NCBI GenBank assembly: GCA_041736175.1 | Contig: JBGSUI010000092.1 | Location: 1-27,360 of the forward strand | DNA from: Oligoflexales bacterium | Lineage (GTDB): Bacteria; Bdellovibrionota_B; Oligoflexia; Oligoflexales; CAIYRB01 | Direction of reading: 5' to 3' | Length of the DNA: 27,360 nucleotides | Part shown: in pieces, positions 17,782-27,036 of the stretch | Layout of the letters: every line of letters starts with the position of its first letter | Position numbering within the stretch: position 1 is the first letter of the stretch | Notes under the pieces: generated by a model | Seen by the model: the letters and a program-made list of their open reading frames with translations, nothing else | What the model was told of the DNA's origin: nothing | Databases searched by the model: none | Made by a program: the position numbers and the translations under genes

Positions 17782-17812
17782 GTTCCTTCGGTTTTTAAGG
17801 GACCTTTTTTTT
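17782..17812 (+). terminator. Probable intrinsic terminator of RiPP operon
   Basis: GTTCCTT...AAGGGAC stem followed by T8. Confidence 0.55.
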
Positions 17813-17912
17813 AGTTTATTTTCTGGTAGCTAAATGTCGAAGAGCTTATCACTCTCAGTTGTTCTTAAATTTAAATAACCGTTAACACAATCCTCTTGAA
17901 AGGGGCAAAAAA

Positions 17913-18983
17913 ATGAAAAAAAGTACCATTGGTTTTCTTACGTCAACCTCTATGATCACACTGTCCTTTCTTGCAAGCGAAGCCTTCGCCCAGACGATAC
18001 CCTATAGCCACCTATCCTGGGCAACTTCCAGTGATCCTGCCGGCAACCTACCATTAGGCGAGCGCCGCTCGAATCCCGCAGGAGCTTACGGCAAATTTGA
18101 TGTAAAACCTTTTGCCCAGTCCATTGCACAGCAAGAAGCCCGGGTGTTTTCCCTGAGAACCGCCCCTGACCAAGGAGCCTATGGAACCACATTCTTTTTC
18201 GAAAATCCCTCTGACCTTAACGAAGAACGCAAAATCATCCCCAATAGAGACAAAAACCTGCCCGATGTTTATATCCGCGAGTTGACCTGGATACCCTTTT
18301 GGCACATCGAAAGCGCAACGATCAAATTGATCAATGCCGCCGTGGTTGATGAAGAGGGAAACATCTCCCGAATCCCCGAATATGAAGTGGGCGTCGCCTT
18401 TAATAATGCTGCCCTTGAGCCCCGCAATAAAAATCACCCTATGGTGGTCCAAAATCGAGCGAAAAACCTCTACCAGTACCTTGGGTTTGAAACGGTCACT
18501 GCCTTTAAGTTTCCTCCCGAAGTCCTTGAAGCAGACGCCGTTAAGATCATCGACAGCACCGACCAAGCCAACCGCAATACCGCAGGCCAAATCATCAACA
18601 CCTCGCTGCCTTTCACTCCACGGTTTGCTTATAAAAACAGCCGAGATGGGTTTGACCTTGATGCGATCGGAGTCCAAACCACACCGGCAGAAAACTGTGA
18701 AAACACCCTTGATTTTGCAGTGGCAGCCCGAAACAAAAATCTCTGCTCAGGACGTCCTATCCCCCTCCACCTAAGGGGTAATTTTGACTCAAACTACCCC
18801 ATAGAGGTTAGAAAAGGCGATTTTGTGGCAAGAGCCCAATTCTACTTTACGGGTGACTCCTGCTTGTACCAAGGAAACTACTACCCTAACTCCCTCACCG
18901 GTGGACCTGGGACCTATACCTTTACCGTTAAACAACGCAACGGCGATGACTTTACCTTTACCGCAGACCTTACCTGTGATTGA
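17913..18983 (+). CDS. Secreted hypothetical protein
   Basis: Sec signal ending AFA-Q; AAGGGG SD; 356 aa, 4 Cys; no family recognised. Confidence 0.8.
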   Translation: MKKSTIGFLTSTSMITLSFLASEAFAQTIPYSHLSWATSSDPAGNLPLGERRSNPAGAYGKFDVKPFAQSIAQQEARVFSLRTAPDQGAYGTTFFFENPSDLNEERKIIPNRDKNLPDVYIRELTWIPFWHIESATIKLINAAVVDEEGNISRIPEYEVGVAFNNAALEPRNKNHPMVVQNRAKNLYQYLGFETVTAFKFPPEVLEADAVKIIDSTDQANRNTAGQIINTSLPFTPRFAYKNSRDGFDLDAIGVQTTPAENCENTLDFAVAARNKNLCSGRPIPLHLRGNFDSNYPIEVRKGDFVARAQFYFTGDSCLYQGNYYPNSLTGGPGTYTFTVKQRNGDDFTFTADLTCD

Positions 18984-19030
18984 TTTGACCAAAGACAGAG
19001 CGACATAAAAAAATCTAGAGAAAACTTAAC

Positions 19031-19053
19031 AAACTGCCCCTGAAGGGCAGTTT
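19031..19053. terminator. Intrinsic terminator
   Basis: AAACTGCCC-CTGAA-GGGCAGTTT. Confidence 0.75.
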
Positions 19054-19176
19054 ATGATTTTTAGAAGGCTCTGAATCGGCTCAGGGATACCTTGGATTTT
19101 TTGTGCCCCCTTGGTAGACTTGCGACGAGTACCACTAGATTCGTCATGCTATATGCCACTGAGGGAGGAAGCCGCT

Positions 19177-20217
19177 ATGACCTATGGTTTGAAATTGGGC
19201 CGAATGTTGACTAGAAAAAAGCTGTTGGGGGGACTTGTTTGTTGCGTGGTGTCAGGCCTGATGGGCACCCAAGGGCTGGCCGCCGAGGGGCTTTTTAAAT
19301 ACAAAGACAAAGTCGTCTCTCGCCAAGAACTTTCTGTCCCAGACCAACAAAAACTCGGTGATTTGGAGTTAGACTACCACAGCCGCCTCAGTGCCTTGGT
19401 GCAGGAAGCCGCCTTAAACCTGCATTTGGACTCCCTGGCAAAGAAACTCGGAAAAACCCGCTCCGAAGTCGAGACCACCGTCTTGGCGGCGACGGCACCT
19501 ACAGAGGAAGAAATCAAGACCTGGTATGAGCAAAACAAAGAACGGATCCCTCCCGACTACTCTTTTGATAAAGTAAAAGGCGACATCCGAAACCTCCTCC
19601 AACAGGAAAAAACCGACCGCAAAAAACAAGAAGTGATCGACGGACTTAAAAAATCCGGCGAGATCCAGGTCCTCCTAAAAGATCCAGAGGTCCCGACCTT
19701 TACCATCGATATTGCGGGACGTCCCGTAAAGGGCGACGAAAAAGCACCCCTGACCTTAGTTGAGTTTGCCGACTACCAGTGCCCCCATTGCAAGATGGCC
19801 GGTGAGTCGATTGGCAAAGTCTTGAAAAAATATTCTCGCAAAGTCAAACTGGTTTTTATGAATTTTCCTGTGAATTCTTCGGGAATCAGCCGGCTGGTCG
19901 CCATCGGCGCTGTCTGTGCTGAAAAGCAAAACAAGTATTGGGAATTCCATGAGATGGCTTTTTCGAAGCAGCGAGAACTCTCGGCCCAGTCGTCCGAAAA
20001 TTTTGCCCGAGACCTAGGTCTTAAACTCGACGTCTTTAAAACCTGTATCGGATCACCCGAGGCCCAAGCAAGGGTGACAAAAGATCAGGAAGAGGGCCAA
20101 AAGGTAGGAGTCACCGGGACACCGACCTTGTATTTAAACGGCAAAAAGCTCAGATCCTATGAAGAAGGCGAGCTGGGTCAAGCCATTGAAAAGGCGCTTG
20201 GGGCTAAGCCCAGCTAA
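19177..20217 (+). CDS. DsbA-family thioredoxin-fold oxidoreductase with N-terminal helical extension
   Basis: KGDEKAPLTLVEFADYQCPHC, GVTGTPTLYLNG; GGAGG SD; signal peptide. Confidence 0.92.
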   Translation: MTYGLKLGRMLTRKKLLGGLVCCVVSGLMGTQGLAAEGLFKYKDKVVSRQELSVPDQQKLGDLELDYHSRLSALVQEAALNLHLDSLAKKLGKTRSEVETTVLAATAPTEEEIKTWYEQNKERIPPDYSFDKVKGDIRNLLQQEKTDRKKQEVIDGLKKSGEIQVLLKDPEVPTFTIDIAGRPVKGDEKAPLTLVEFADYQCPHCKMAGESIGKVLKKYSRKVKLVFMNFPVNSSGISRLVAIGAVCAEKQNKYWEFHEMAFSKQRELSAQSSENFARDLGLKLDVFKTCIGSPEAQARVTKDQEEGQKVGVTGTPTLYLNGKKLRSYEEGELGQAIEKALGAKPS

Positions 20218-20251
20218 GATCTGATGTTAGCTCTTTGTAGGAAAACCTCCC

Positions 20252-20286
20252 AAAAAAAGAAGAGCTTTCTAACGAAAGCTCCTTTT
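20252..20286. terminator. Bidirectional terminator between convergent genes
   Basis: GAGCTTTC-TAAC-GAAAGCTC flanked by A-run and T-run. Confidence 0.75.
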
Positions 20287-20314
20287 ATGACCTTTGGGTA
20301 TTGTATCAGAACAA

Positions 20315-20668
20315 CTATAATTTTGGACAGGCTACCGCAATAAAGCTGTTAAAACTATCCCGCGCCCCGTCCCAGTTGTCTTCGATCAAGCGGCTACAAA
20401 GGGACTGCTTTCTGACGTTGATTCTCAGTGCGGTTCGGCAGGCAATCAGGATCGCTGCGTTGCAGAGTTTGGGTCGCTCAGACACGACGGACTGGACCAC
20501 TGTGCGGTTGCTATAGGCCGTCTCGAGGGAGCCGCAAAACTGCTGGGCGGCAAACCGACCGGATTCGATCCCGTTGCCAATACACTCGCCCAAACCCGAT
20601 GCCTTAAGGGTCTGGGATCCAAAGGCGATGGTTGCCAGCGCCGCAAAATTTAACATAAGTGATTTCAT
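20315..20668 (-). CDS. Small secreted 6-Cys protein
   Basis: Signal peptide, GAGG SD, six cysteines. Confidence 0.8.
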   Translation of the reverse strand: MKSLMLNFAALATIAFGSQTLKASGLGECIGNGIESGRFAAQQFCGSLETAYSNRTVVQSVVSERPKLCNAAILIACRTALRINVRKQSLCSRLIEDNWDGARDSFNSFIAVACPKL

Positions 20669-20694
20669 CTAAAGTTCCTCGTTGAGATGCTTTT

Positions 20695-21231
20695 TTAGGA
20701 CTCCATTTTACAAACAACATCAGATAGATTTCTCGCCTCATCGGCCTTGGACGGACAGTGGCTATTCACGTACCCCACGAGTGCTGAGCGGCAGGACTGC
20801 TCGGCCACAAAGTTACAGATATTGAGTTCCATGATGGCTCGGTACTGGGTGGTGTTGCAGAGTTGGGCACCCAAGAGATTGCCGGTCGCTGATCCGTTGG
20901 TGGTGCATTCGGTTGTACAGCCATCGGTGATTTCGTTGATGGCCCCCATAAGGCCTTCGACCATTCCTTCGCTGCGGCAACGAAGTCCCGGACTCCTGGG
21001 CTGGTCAAAGCCAAAGGGCAGATCCACGGCACCGATAAAGGAATCCAGTTGGGTGCAATCTAATTTGAGGTTTTGAACCCAGAGGTGGTGTACCAGATTG
21101 CGCTGGATGCTATACCCCTGGTTAAAATAATTGAGATTAGAGCCTCCGCCGCATACTGGGGACGCTCCCCAACTGAGCGTGCTCAGTCCTGCACAAAACA
21201 AGCCGATGGTCACCTGATTCATTCTTCCCAT
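20695..21231 (-). CDS. Secreted Cys-rich protein
   Basis: Signal peptide, AAGGAG SD, ten Cys in the mature part. Confidence 0.8.
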   Translation of the reverse strand: MGRMNQVTIGLFCAGLSTLSWGASPVCGGGSNLNYFNQGYSIQRNLVHHLWVQNLKLDCTQLDSFIGAVDLPFGFDQPRSPGLRCRSEGMVEGLMGAINEITDGCTTECTTNGSATGNLLGAQLCNTTQYRAIMELNICNFVAEQSCRSALVGYVNSHCPSKADEARNLSDVVCKMES

Positions 21232-21302
21232 GGGGGTCTCCTTTTTGAGTATGCTTTACCAATTCAGCCTCCAGTCCTCGGAGACTTCTGTTGTGTCAGC
21301 TA

Positions 21303-21318
21303 AGCAAAGCCCATGCCA
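21303..21318 (-). promoter_or_regulatory. Sigma54 promoter for the Cys-rich gene pair
   Basis: Minus strand TGGCATGGGCTTTGCT, near consensus. Confidence 0.75.
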
Positions 21319-21510
21319 AGGTGGTCATAGCCCCCTGGGACGAAGTCCTGCGAGAAGATCATGAAAGATTACAAGATGTTTACTTATTTTGTGGATTATA
21401 TAAAATGATTCAATCGGTATCAAATCTAAACCGTGGTTCGCATCAAATTTCATTTGTATACCAGCCAAGGCCTCTTTGGAGCTCAATGTCCCGATCAGAG
21501 GTCGAAAGGA

Positions 21511-22302
21511 TCATCCATACATTTGCATAAACATGATATAGCTACCCATCAGGAGCACAAACCAACCAAATGCTGGTTTAAGCGTTGATGCTGAAATAAA
21601 TCGAGCCGTGTAAGAACCGACAAAAATTCCTACCAAAGAAATTCCTGTAACTGCAGCTAGAAATTCCCAGTCCATTTGATTTTTAGCAAAAACGTCTCCA
21701 CCAAATCCAAACAATGAATTAGCACATATAATCAATAGCGAAGTGCCAACAGCTGACTGCATTGGCATTCCAGCCAACACAACCAGCGCGGGAATGATCA
21801 AAAATCCACCGCCTGCCCCGACAAAACCCGCGACAAATCCCACAATAAGACCCAAAATCCCGATGAGCATGTGATTTCGCAGCACTGGTTGTGGCTTCAT
21901 CGCCTCCTTCCCGCCTCGAATCATGGAGACAGACGCACCCAACATCACTGTGGCGAAAACTGTCATGATGAGTTGGTCTTTCGTGAACGGTGAAGTTCCA
22001 AGATGCCCGATGACTTCGGGAAGTCTTGGCATCAAAGTGCGCCTTGCAAGGTAAGTTCCAAAAAAAGACGGTATTGCAAAGGTCACGGCTGTCCTATAGT
22101 CCACCAACTTTTTCTGATGATATTGCCACACACCAAATAGACTAGAGACTCCAACTATAAACAAGGAATAGCTTGTCGCGAGCACTGCCGGCTTATGAAA
22201 TAGGTAAACCATGATTGGTACTGTTAGTATCGCCCCGCCTCCGCCCATGAGACCGAGCGCTCCACCCACGAATAACATAGCAATAAACCCATAAATTTCC
22301 AT
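21511..22302 (-). CDS. Sulfite exporter TauE/SafE family protein
   Basis: LGLMGGGGAILTVP, AGFVGAGGGFLIIPAL, AVGTSL; about 8 TM segments. Confidence 0.93.
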   Translation of the reverse strand: MEIYGFIAMLFVGGALGLMGGGGAILTVPIMVYLFHKPAVLATSYSLFIVGVSSLFGVWQYHQKKLVDYRTAVTFAIPSFFGTYLARRTLMPRLPEVIGHLGTSPFTKDQLIMTVFATVMLGASVSMIRGGKEAMKPQPVLRNHMLIGILGLIVGFVAGFVGAGGGFLIIPALVVLAGMPMQSAVGTSLLIICANSLFGFGGDVFAKNQMDWEFLAAVTGISLVGIFVGSYTARFISASTLKPAFGWFVLLMGSYIMFMQMYG

Positions 22303-22339
22303 GAGGACCCCTTATTATTTGACCACTTACGTGTAAGAT

Positions 22340-23305
22340 TTATGACAAACCATATTCCCGGATCTTTCGCCATAGCGTCGCTCGACTCATCCCTAGTTTT
22401 TCTGCGGCTTTAGCCTTTTTGTTTTTAGAAAGACGTAGAGCTTCCCGAATTGTATGAATTTCATCTTGTTTTAAACTAGGGCTCCTGGAATTATGAATCG
22501 GTGCTGGCACTCCCCGCACCTCTGGAGTTAGATCTTCCAACCCAAGAACATCCCCTTGGCCCATCACGAATGCATACTCAATATTGTTGCGCAACTCACG
22601 AATATTTCCAGGCCATGGATATTTATACAACGCATTGATCGCTGCATCATCGATGGCCCTTACGATGCGCTGTTTTTGCTTGTTAAACTCTTCTATAAAC
22701 CGCCAGGTCAGCACCTCAATATCTCGTCCCCTTTCAGATAGTCTCGGTAAAAACATGGGCACCACTCGAATACGATACATAAGGTCAGCGCGAAAGCGAC
22801 CTTCTTCCACTTGCTGTCGTAAAGACTCGTGGGTTGCTGAAACAAGGCGAATATTGGCACTAACCTGCTTAAAGGACCCAACGGGGCTAAATTGTCGTTC
22901 CTGTAATACGCGAAGGAGACGCGGTTGCAGTGCAGAAGGCAGCTCAGCGATTTCATCTAAAAAAAGCGTGCCGTTGTTGGCAGCTTCGAACAATCCTTTA
23001 CGATCTGCAATAGCCCCCGTAAACGATCCTTTTACGTGACCGAATAGCTCAGACTGCATAAACTCAGAAGTTAACGTTGCACAATTTAAGGCGTAAAAGG
23101 GGCCTTTTACCCGAGGGCTCAATGCATGGATCGCACGTGCAACGAGTTCTTTACCTGTTCCAGATTCTCCACGCACCAATACGTTTGCCTCACTTTTTGC
23201 AGCTCGTTCAATGGACTTAAAAAACTCCATCATTTTTGATTCCACAGTGACCATCCCATGAAAAATCATTGGTTTATCCCGCGGCATTTGATGAAGTTTT
23301 GGCAT
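22340..23305 (-). CDS. Sigma54-dependent Fis-family activator without N-terminal sensor domain
   Basis: GESGTGKE, SELFGHVKGSFTGA, LFLDEI, FRADLMYR, WPGNIREL, C-terminal HTH AAEKLGMSRATLWRK. Confidence 0.95.
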   Translation of the reverse strand: MPKLHQMPRDKPMIFHGMVTVESKMMEFFKSIERAAKSEANVLVRGESGTGKELVARAIHALSPRVKGPFYALNCATLTSEFMQSELFGHVKGSFTGAIADRKGLFEAANNGTLFLDEIAELPSALQPRLLRVLQERQFSPVGSFKQVSANIRLVSATHESLRQQVEEGRFRADLMYRIRVVPMFLPRLSERGRDIEVLTWRFIEEFNKQKQRIVRAIDDAAINALYKYPWPGNIRELRNNIEYAFVMGQGDVLGLEDLTPEVRGVPAPIHNSRSPSLKQDEIHTIREALRLSKNKKAKAAEKLGMSRATLWRKIREYGLS

Positions 23306-23330
23306 CCTTGATAGCTCTCCAGATAGTTTT

Positions 23331-24203
23331 CTATTTGTTTTTATTTGCTGTGATCAGTACCTTTAAATAAACTCGGCCATTGGACTCAGGTTCAGGCAAT
23401 TCACCAGCAGCGATATTAACTTGTACGCTTGGAAAAAGCAGCCTAGGTGCAGCAAGCGTACCATCTCGATTCCTACGAAATGCTACGAAATCACTTTCCG
23501 AAGTCCCCTCTTTTAGCTGAATATTTCTCCTCTTTGATTCCCCAATCGTTGTTTGAAATTCTAATTTTCTACCGCCAGGTTGATAATCGTGGCCTACAAA
23601 TACTCGCGTTGAGTCTGGAAGTTCGTAGAGTCGCTTCGTCACGGAGTGGTAGAGAGCGCGAGGATCACCCTTAGGAAAGTCGCAACGTCCCGTACCATAG
23701 TCGGGCATAAACAGTGCATCGCCTGTGAATATCGCGTCACTAAACAAATAGCTACCGCATGCCGGGGTGTGACCAGGAGTGAATAAAACCTTAAAGGAAA
23801 GACTACCGGCCTTGACCTCTTCATTTTCTTTGAAGAGCCTATGAAATTGACTGCCATCTGTCTTGAATGAACTTGGAAAATTGAAAACCTGTTTAAACGT
23901 CTCTTGAACAATGGTGATACGTTCGCCAATTCCAATCTTAGCGTCAGTAAGATACTTTGTTACCAGCTCGTGAGCTCCCGACAAGTGATCGGCATGGGCA
24001 TGTGTTTCAAGGATAAAGTGAATCTTGAGTCGTTGATCCTTTAGAAAAGATAGCAGTACCTCAATAGAACCAGTGCTGGTGGTACCGCTCGCGGGATCAT
24101 AGTCCAGAACGGGATCGATAACGACAGCGTCCCTTGTGGCTGTATCGTAGACCACGTAGGTCAATGTATAAGTCGCTGGGTCAAAAAAATGCTTAATTTC
24201 CAT
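23331..24203 (-). CDS. Persulfide dioxygenase (MBL fold, ETHE1/Blh-like)
   Basis: Start MEIKHFFDP with GGAGG SD; ETHAHADH, TPGHTPAC, GDALFMPDYGTGRCDFP, GHDY. Confidence 0.93.
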   Translation of the reverse strand: MEIKHFFDPATYTLTYVVYDTATRDAVVIDPVLDYDPASGTTSTGSIEVLLSFLKDQRLKIHFILETHAHADHLSGAHELVTKYLTDAKIGIGERITIVQETFKQVFNFPSSFKTDGSQFHRLFKENEEVKAGSLSFKVLFTPGHTPACGSYLFSDAIFTGDALFMPDYGTGRCDFPKGDPRALYHSVTKRLYELPDSTRVFVGHDYQPGGRKLEFQTTIGESKRRNIQLKEGTSESDFVAFRRNRDGTLAAPRLLFPSVQVNIAAGELPEPESNGRVYLKVLITANKNK

Positions 24204-24208
24204 AACGA

Positions 24209-24640
24209 TCAGCCTCCCTTTGAATAAAGAAGTTTGTGAACAAATTGATGCAAATAAACTCCTGCAATCATACTGCCTAAAAACACGAGAACAGAGGGGC
24301 CCCCCGAAACAGCTGCGACGATAGCAGGTCCAGGGCAAAAGCCTCCAAGACCCCATCCAGCACCAAATAAAACTGAGCCAAGGATCAACTTTGGATCGAT
24401 CTGTCTTTTTGTCGGAATTTGAAACCTCGTGGTAAGGATCGGACTAGCGCGCTTGGTGATCAATCGATAAGACACGCTATGAACAGCAATGGCTCCTATC
24501 ATCACAAACGCTAGGCTTGGATCCCAATTTCCACTTACATCAAGAAACCCTATCACTTTCGTCGGTAGGGTCATGCCTGCCACACCCAGTCCGATACCGA
24601 ACAATAATGCCGAAATGAACGCCGCAAAAATAAGGCTCAT
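24209..24640 (-). CDS. YeeE/YedE family sulfur transport protein
   Basis: [42 protein letters not shown] coupling to upstream gene. Confidence 0.9.
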   Translation of the reverse strand: MSLIFAAFISALLFGIGLGVAGMTLPTKVIGFLDVSGNWDPSLAFVMIGAIAVHSVSYRLITKRASPILTTRFQIPTKRQIDPKLILGSVLFGAGWGLGGFCPGPAIVAAVSGGPSVLVFLGSMIAGVYLHQFVHKLLYSKGG

Positions 24641-25065
24641 GATAGAACTCCTAAGGCGCGCAAAGACGCCACCATGATCATACCGGCTGCAATGAAAGTC
24701 AGGGTTGCAAGAATTGACCGTAGCGAAAGTCGACTGATCCCGCACACACCGTGTCCGCTGGTGCAGCCGCTCCCAAGCTGTGTTCCAAAACCCACCAGCA
24801 AACCAGCTGCGATGTAACGCCAATAGGTACCGTCGCTAGCTACAGCCAGCGACGCTGGGTGAAACATCTGTAGCAAAACGCCAGCGGTCACAAGACCGAC
24901 AAGCGATGCCGCCCGCCAAGCCGTATCACCTGCCTTCGGAATAAGCACCCCAGCAAGGATCCCACTTACGCCAAAGATCCGACCTTTGAGTAATAATAAA
25001 AGAGAAGCCGAGACTCCAATAAATACACCGCCCACTAGCGGCATTGTCATTTGACTCAAATCCAT
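24637..25065 (-). CDS. YeeE/YedE family sulfur transport protein
   Basis: [39 protein letters not shown]. Confidence 0.92.
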   Translation of the reverse strand: MDLSQMTMPLVGGVFIGVSASLLLLLKGRIFGVSGILAGVLIPKAGDTAWRAASLVGLVTAGVLLQMFHPASLAVASDGTYWRYIAAGLLVGFGTQLGSGCTSGHGVCGISRLSLRSILATLTFIAAGMIMVASLRALGVLS

Positions 25066-25083
25066 CTTTATAACCCCCATGTT

Positions 25084-25116
25084 AAGACCCCACAGCCAAG
25101 ACCCCACAGCTAAGAC
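25084..25116. repeat. 14-bp tandem repeat in the yeeE leader
   Basis: AAGACCCCACAGCC AAGACCCCACAGCT AAGAC. Confidence 0.85.
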
Positions 25117-25117
25117 T

Positions 25118-25133
25118 TACAGGATCCGTGCCA
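25118..25133 (-). promoter_or_regulatory. Sigma54 promoter of yeeE-yeeE-pdo-bEBP-tauE operon
   Basis: Minus strand TGGCACGGATCCTGTA (perfect -24, variant -12). Confidence 0.6.
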
Positions 25134-25314
25134 AGCTTTACTGAAATCCTAAGTCTTCGAAAAGTCAATCCAATCCAATTTGGCTACTCCCTCAGTAGAG
25201 TAAAATGTTTCATTTTGGTGCATCATAGTATCAACCTAATATTACATTTTTTACCAGCGTAGAAAAGCACCCAGCCAACTAAACGGAATAACTGAATTAT
25301 TTTGCAAACTGGGT

Positions 25315-25330
25315 TGGCACAGTAATTGTA
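25315..25330 (+). promoter_or_regulatory. Sigma54 promoter of rhodanese gene
   Basis: TGGCACAGTAATTGTA (perfect -24, variant -12). Confidence 0.6.
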
Positions 25331-25376
25331 GACAATAAGCTGAGAGTTGTTTTTACGTTTCAAACGGGAGGAGTTT

Positions 25377-25706
25377 ATGAGCATTAAAACAATCACCCCT
25401 ACCGATGTATTCCGCCTTCATCAGGAATCAGGGGGAATCACAATCATCGATGTTAGAGAGTACGACGAGTTTGCGATAGTTTCATCACCTATAGCGGAGA
25501 ACTACCCACTCTCAACGTTTAATGCTGATTCGTTCACAAAGAAAGGCCAAAAGAAAAACTCGATCTATTTACTTTGCAGATCTGGGAAGCGATCGATGAG
25601 AGCCGCGCAACTCCTCGAAGCCGCTGGATTTGAATCCGTCTATAATATCGAGGGAGGTATGATTGCCTGGGAGGCCTCAGGGTTACCAGTGGTGTGTCGA
25701 TTATGA
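25377..25706 (+). CDS. Single-domain rhodanese
   Basis: IDVRE, CRSGKRS, VYNIEGGMIAW..GLP; GGAGG SD. Confidence 0.92.
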   Translation: MSIKTITPTDVFRLHQESGGITIIDVREYDEFAIVSSPIAENYPLSTFNADSFTKKGQKKNSIYLLCRSGKRSMRAAQLLEAAGFESVYNIEGGMIAWEASGLPVVCRL

Positions 25707-25940
25707 GCATTAATTTAGTTTGGACCATAAATTGCATCAACTTATTGATGAAACCAATTTTTTAAGGAGAACCAACACATGATTGTTGTGGCACCTCAAA
25801 AAACTCAGCCAGCAAAATAAAACGCTGCATGTATGAGCTCACGAGAAATCCTCACTGAGCTATTTGACGCATTCATTGATCTATTGGACGCAGGTTGCGC
25901 AATAGTTTTTAGGACACCTTTAGCACCGGGAGAATAAAGT

Positions 25941-26159
25941 ATGAAAAGAAACATCGGAAACGTAGAGCGGGGCGTACGCATTGTTGTTGGCATCGGCCTC
26001 ACGGCACTGGCATTTGTAGGACCCCAAAATCTTTGGTTCCTGCTTGGTCTGGTTCCATTGGCTACGGGCCTCATCGGGTGGTGCCCACCCTATGCGATGC
26101 TAGGAATCAACACGAATAAGAACTGTTCATCCAACTCAAGCGAAAAAACGGCAGCTTAG
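25941..26159 (+). CDS. DUF2892 (YgaP-like) membrane protein
   Basis: MKRNIG.VER..RI..G, GLVPLATGLIGWCPPYAMLGINT. Confidence 0.92.
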   Translation: MKRNIGNVERGVRIVVGIGLTALAFVGPQNLWFLLGLVPLATGLIGWCPPYAMLGINTNKNCSSNSSEKTAA

Positions 26160-26489
26160 GACTTGGAGGGGACAATGATATCGTCCTATTCTCCCAGTAA
26201 AGTGTACTAAGGAATACTGGTCGGGCTCAGGATCTGCTGGACGCATTATCACAACTCTTGATCATCGCGATGATTCTTTGGCCCCAGATGTCCGTCCATG
26301 CCAGGGTTGCGCATCTACTACAAACCTTTTTTTGGCCCGATTTTTTCGCCAGCCGACGGAGGAAAGGGATCTTTTTGGACACAGAGTGCTTGAACAGAGT
26401 TCAGATATTGGCTCAATAGACACACTAAAAGATGGCATGACTTATGCATACCTCCAATTGCCTAATTGTTTTGGAAAAGGAGGCTAAAT

Positions 26490-26936
26490 ATGTGGGGAAA
26501 AATCGCGCTATTCGCTGCTGGTTTGCAATTTTCACCGGTTGTTTTGGCACAAAACTTTACCGATCGACCGTCCAGAAATTACAATCCCAATACAGAAATA
26601 ACCGTGGAAGGAGTTGTGGATTCGTTTGTTTTCCGTGATCAGGCTCGTCACCGCCCTTGGGATGTGGGCGTGCATTTTAACCTTACCGTGGAGCCGGTGG
26701 GAAGCACTGCTGCAACGAGTTACTTTGTGCACATTGGCCCAAAAAGTCAGGTCGAAGGCCTTATTACGAGCGTCAAAGTTGGTGACAAGGTCACAGTGGT
26801 AGGATCACCAGTGCAAATAGACGGAAAGGAGGGGTTGATAGCCAGGCAAATTCTGGATGATGGCGTAACCATCACCATAAGAGACGAAGCAGGACGTCCG
26901 GTCTTTCGACGGGGTGGAGCAGGTCTCCGTCCATAA
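26490..26936 (+). CDS. Secreted OB-fold protein (MamS/MamX-like domain suspected)
   Basis: Signal peptide; YNP.TE.TVEG.V, VHIGP, KVGDKVTVVGS, LIARQI, IRDE.GRP.F; AAGGAGG SD. Confidence 0.75.
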   Translation: MWGKIALFAAGLQFSPVVLAQNFTDRPSRNYNPNTEITVEGVVDSFVFRDQARHRPWDVGVHFNLTVEPVGSTAATSYFVHIGPKSQVEGLITSVKVGDKVTVVGSPVQIDGKEGLIARQILDDGVTITIRDEAGRPVFRRGGAGLRP

Positions 26937-26998
26937 TGTATAAGTAGCAAAATGTTTGGGAGAAATAGATCTTGAAACTCATGAGATGATCTCCAGAC

Positions 26999-27036
<38 letters not shown>

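Noticed and set aside
24204..24823. Long N-terminal extensions of the PDO and YeeE ORFs in the track
   Set aside because: They overlap upstream genes; SD-supported starts are at 24203 and 24640.
25885..25899. TGGACGCAGGTTGCG as sigma54 promoter for DUF2892
   Set aside because: GG-GC spacing is one base short of the required spacing.
26490..26936. Magnetosome gene interpretation of the MamS/MamX-like protein
   Set aside because: No CxxCH magnetochrome motifs or other mam genes; this OB domain is widespread.
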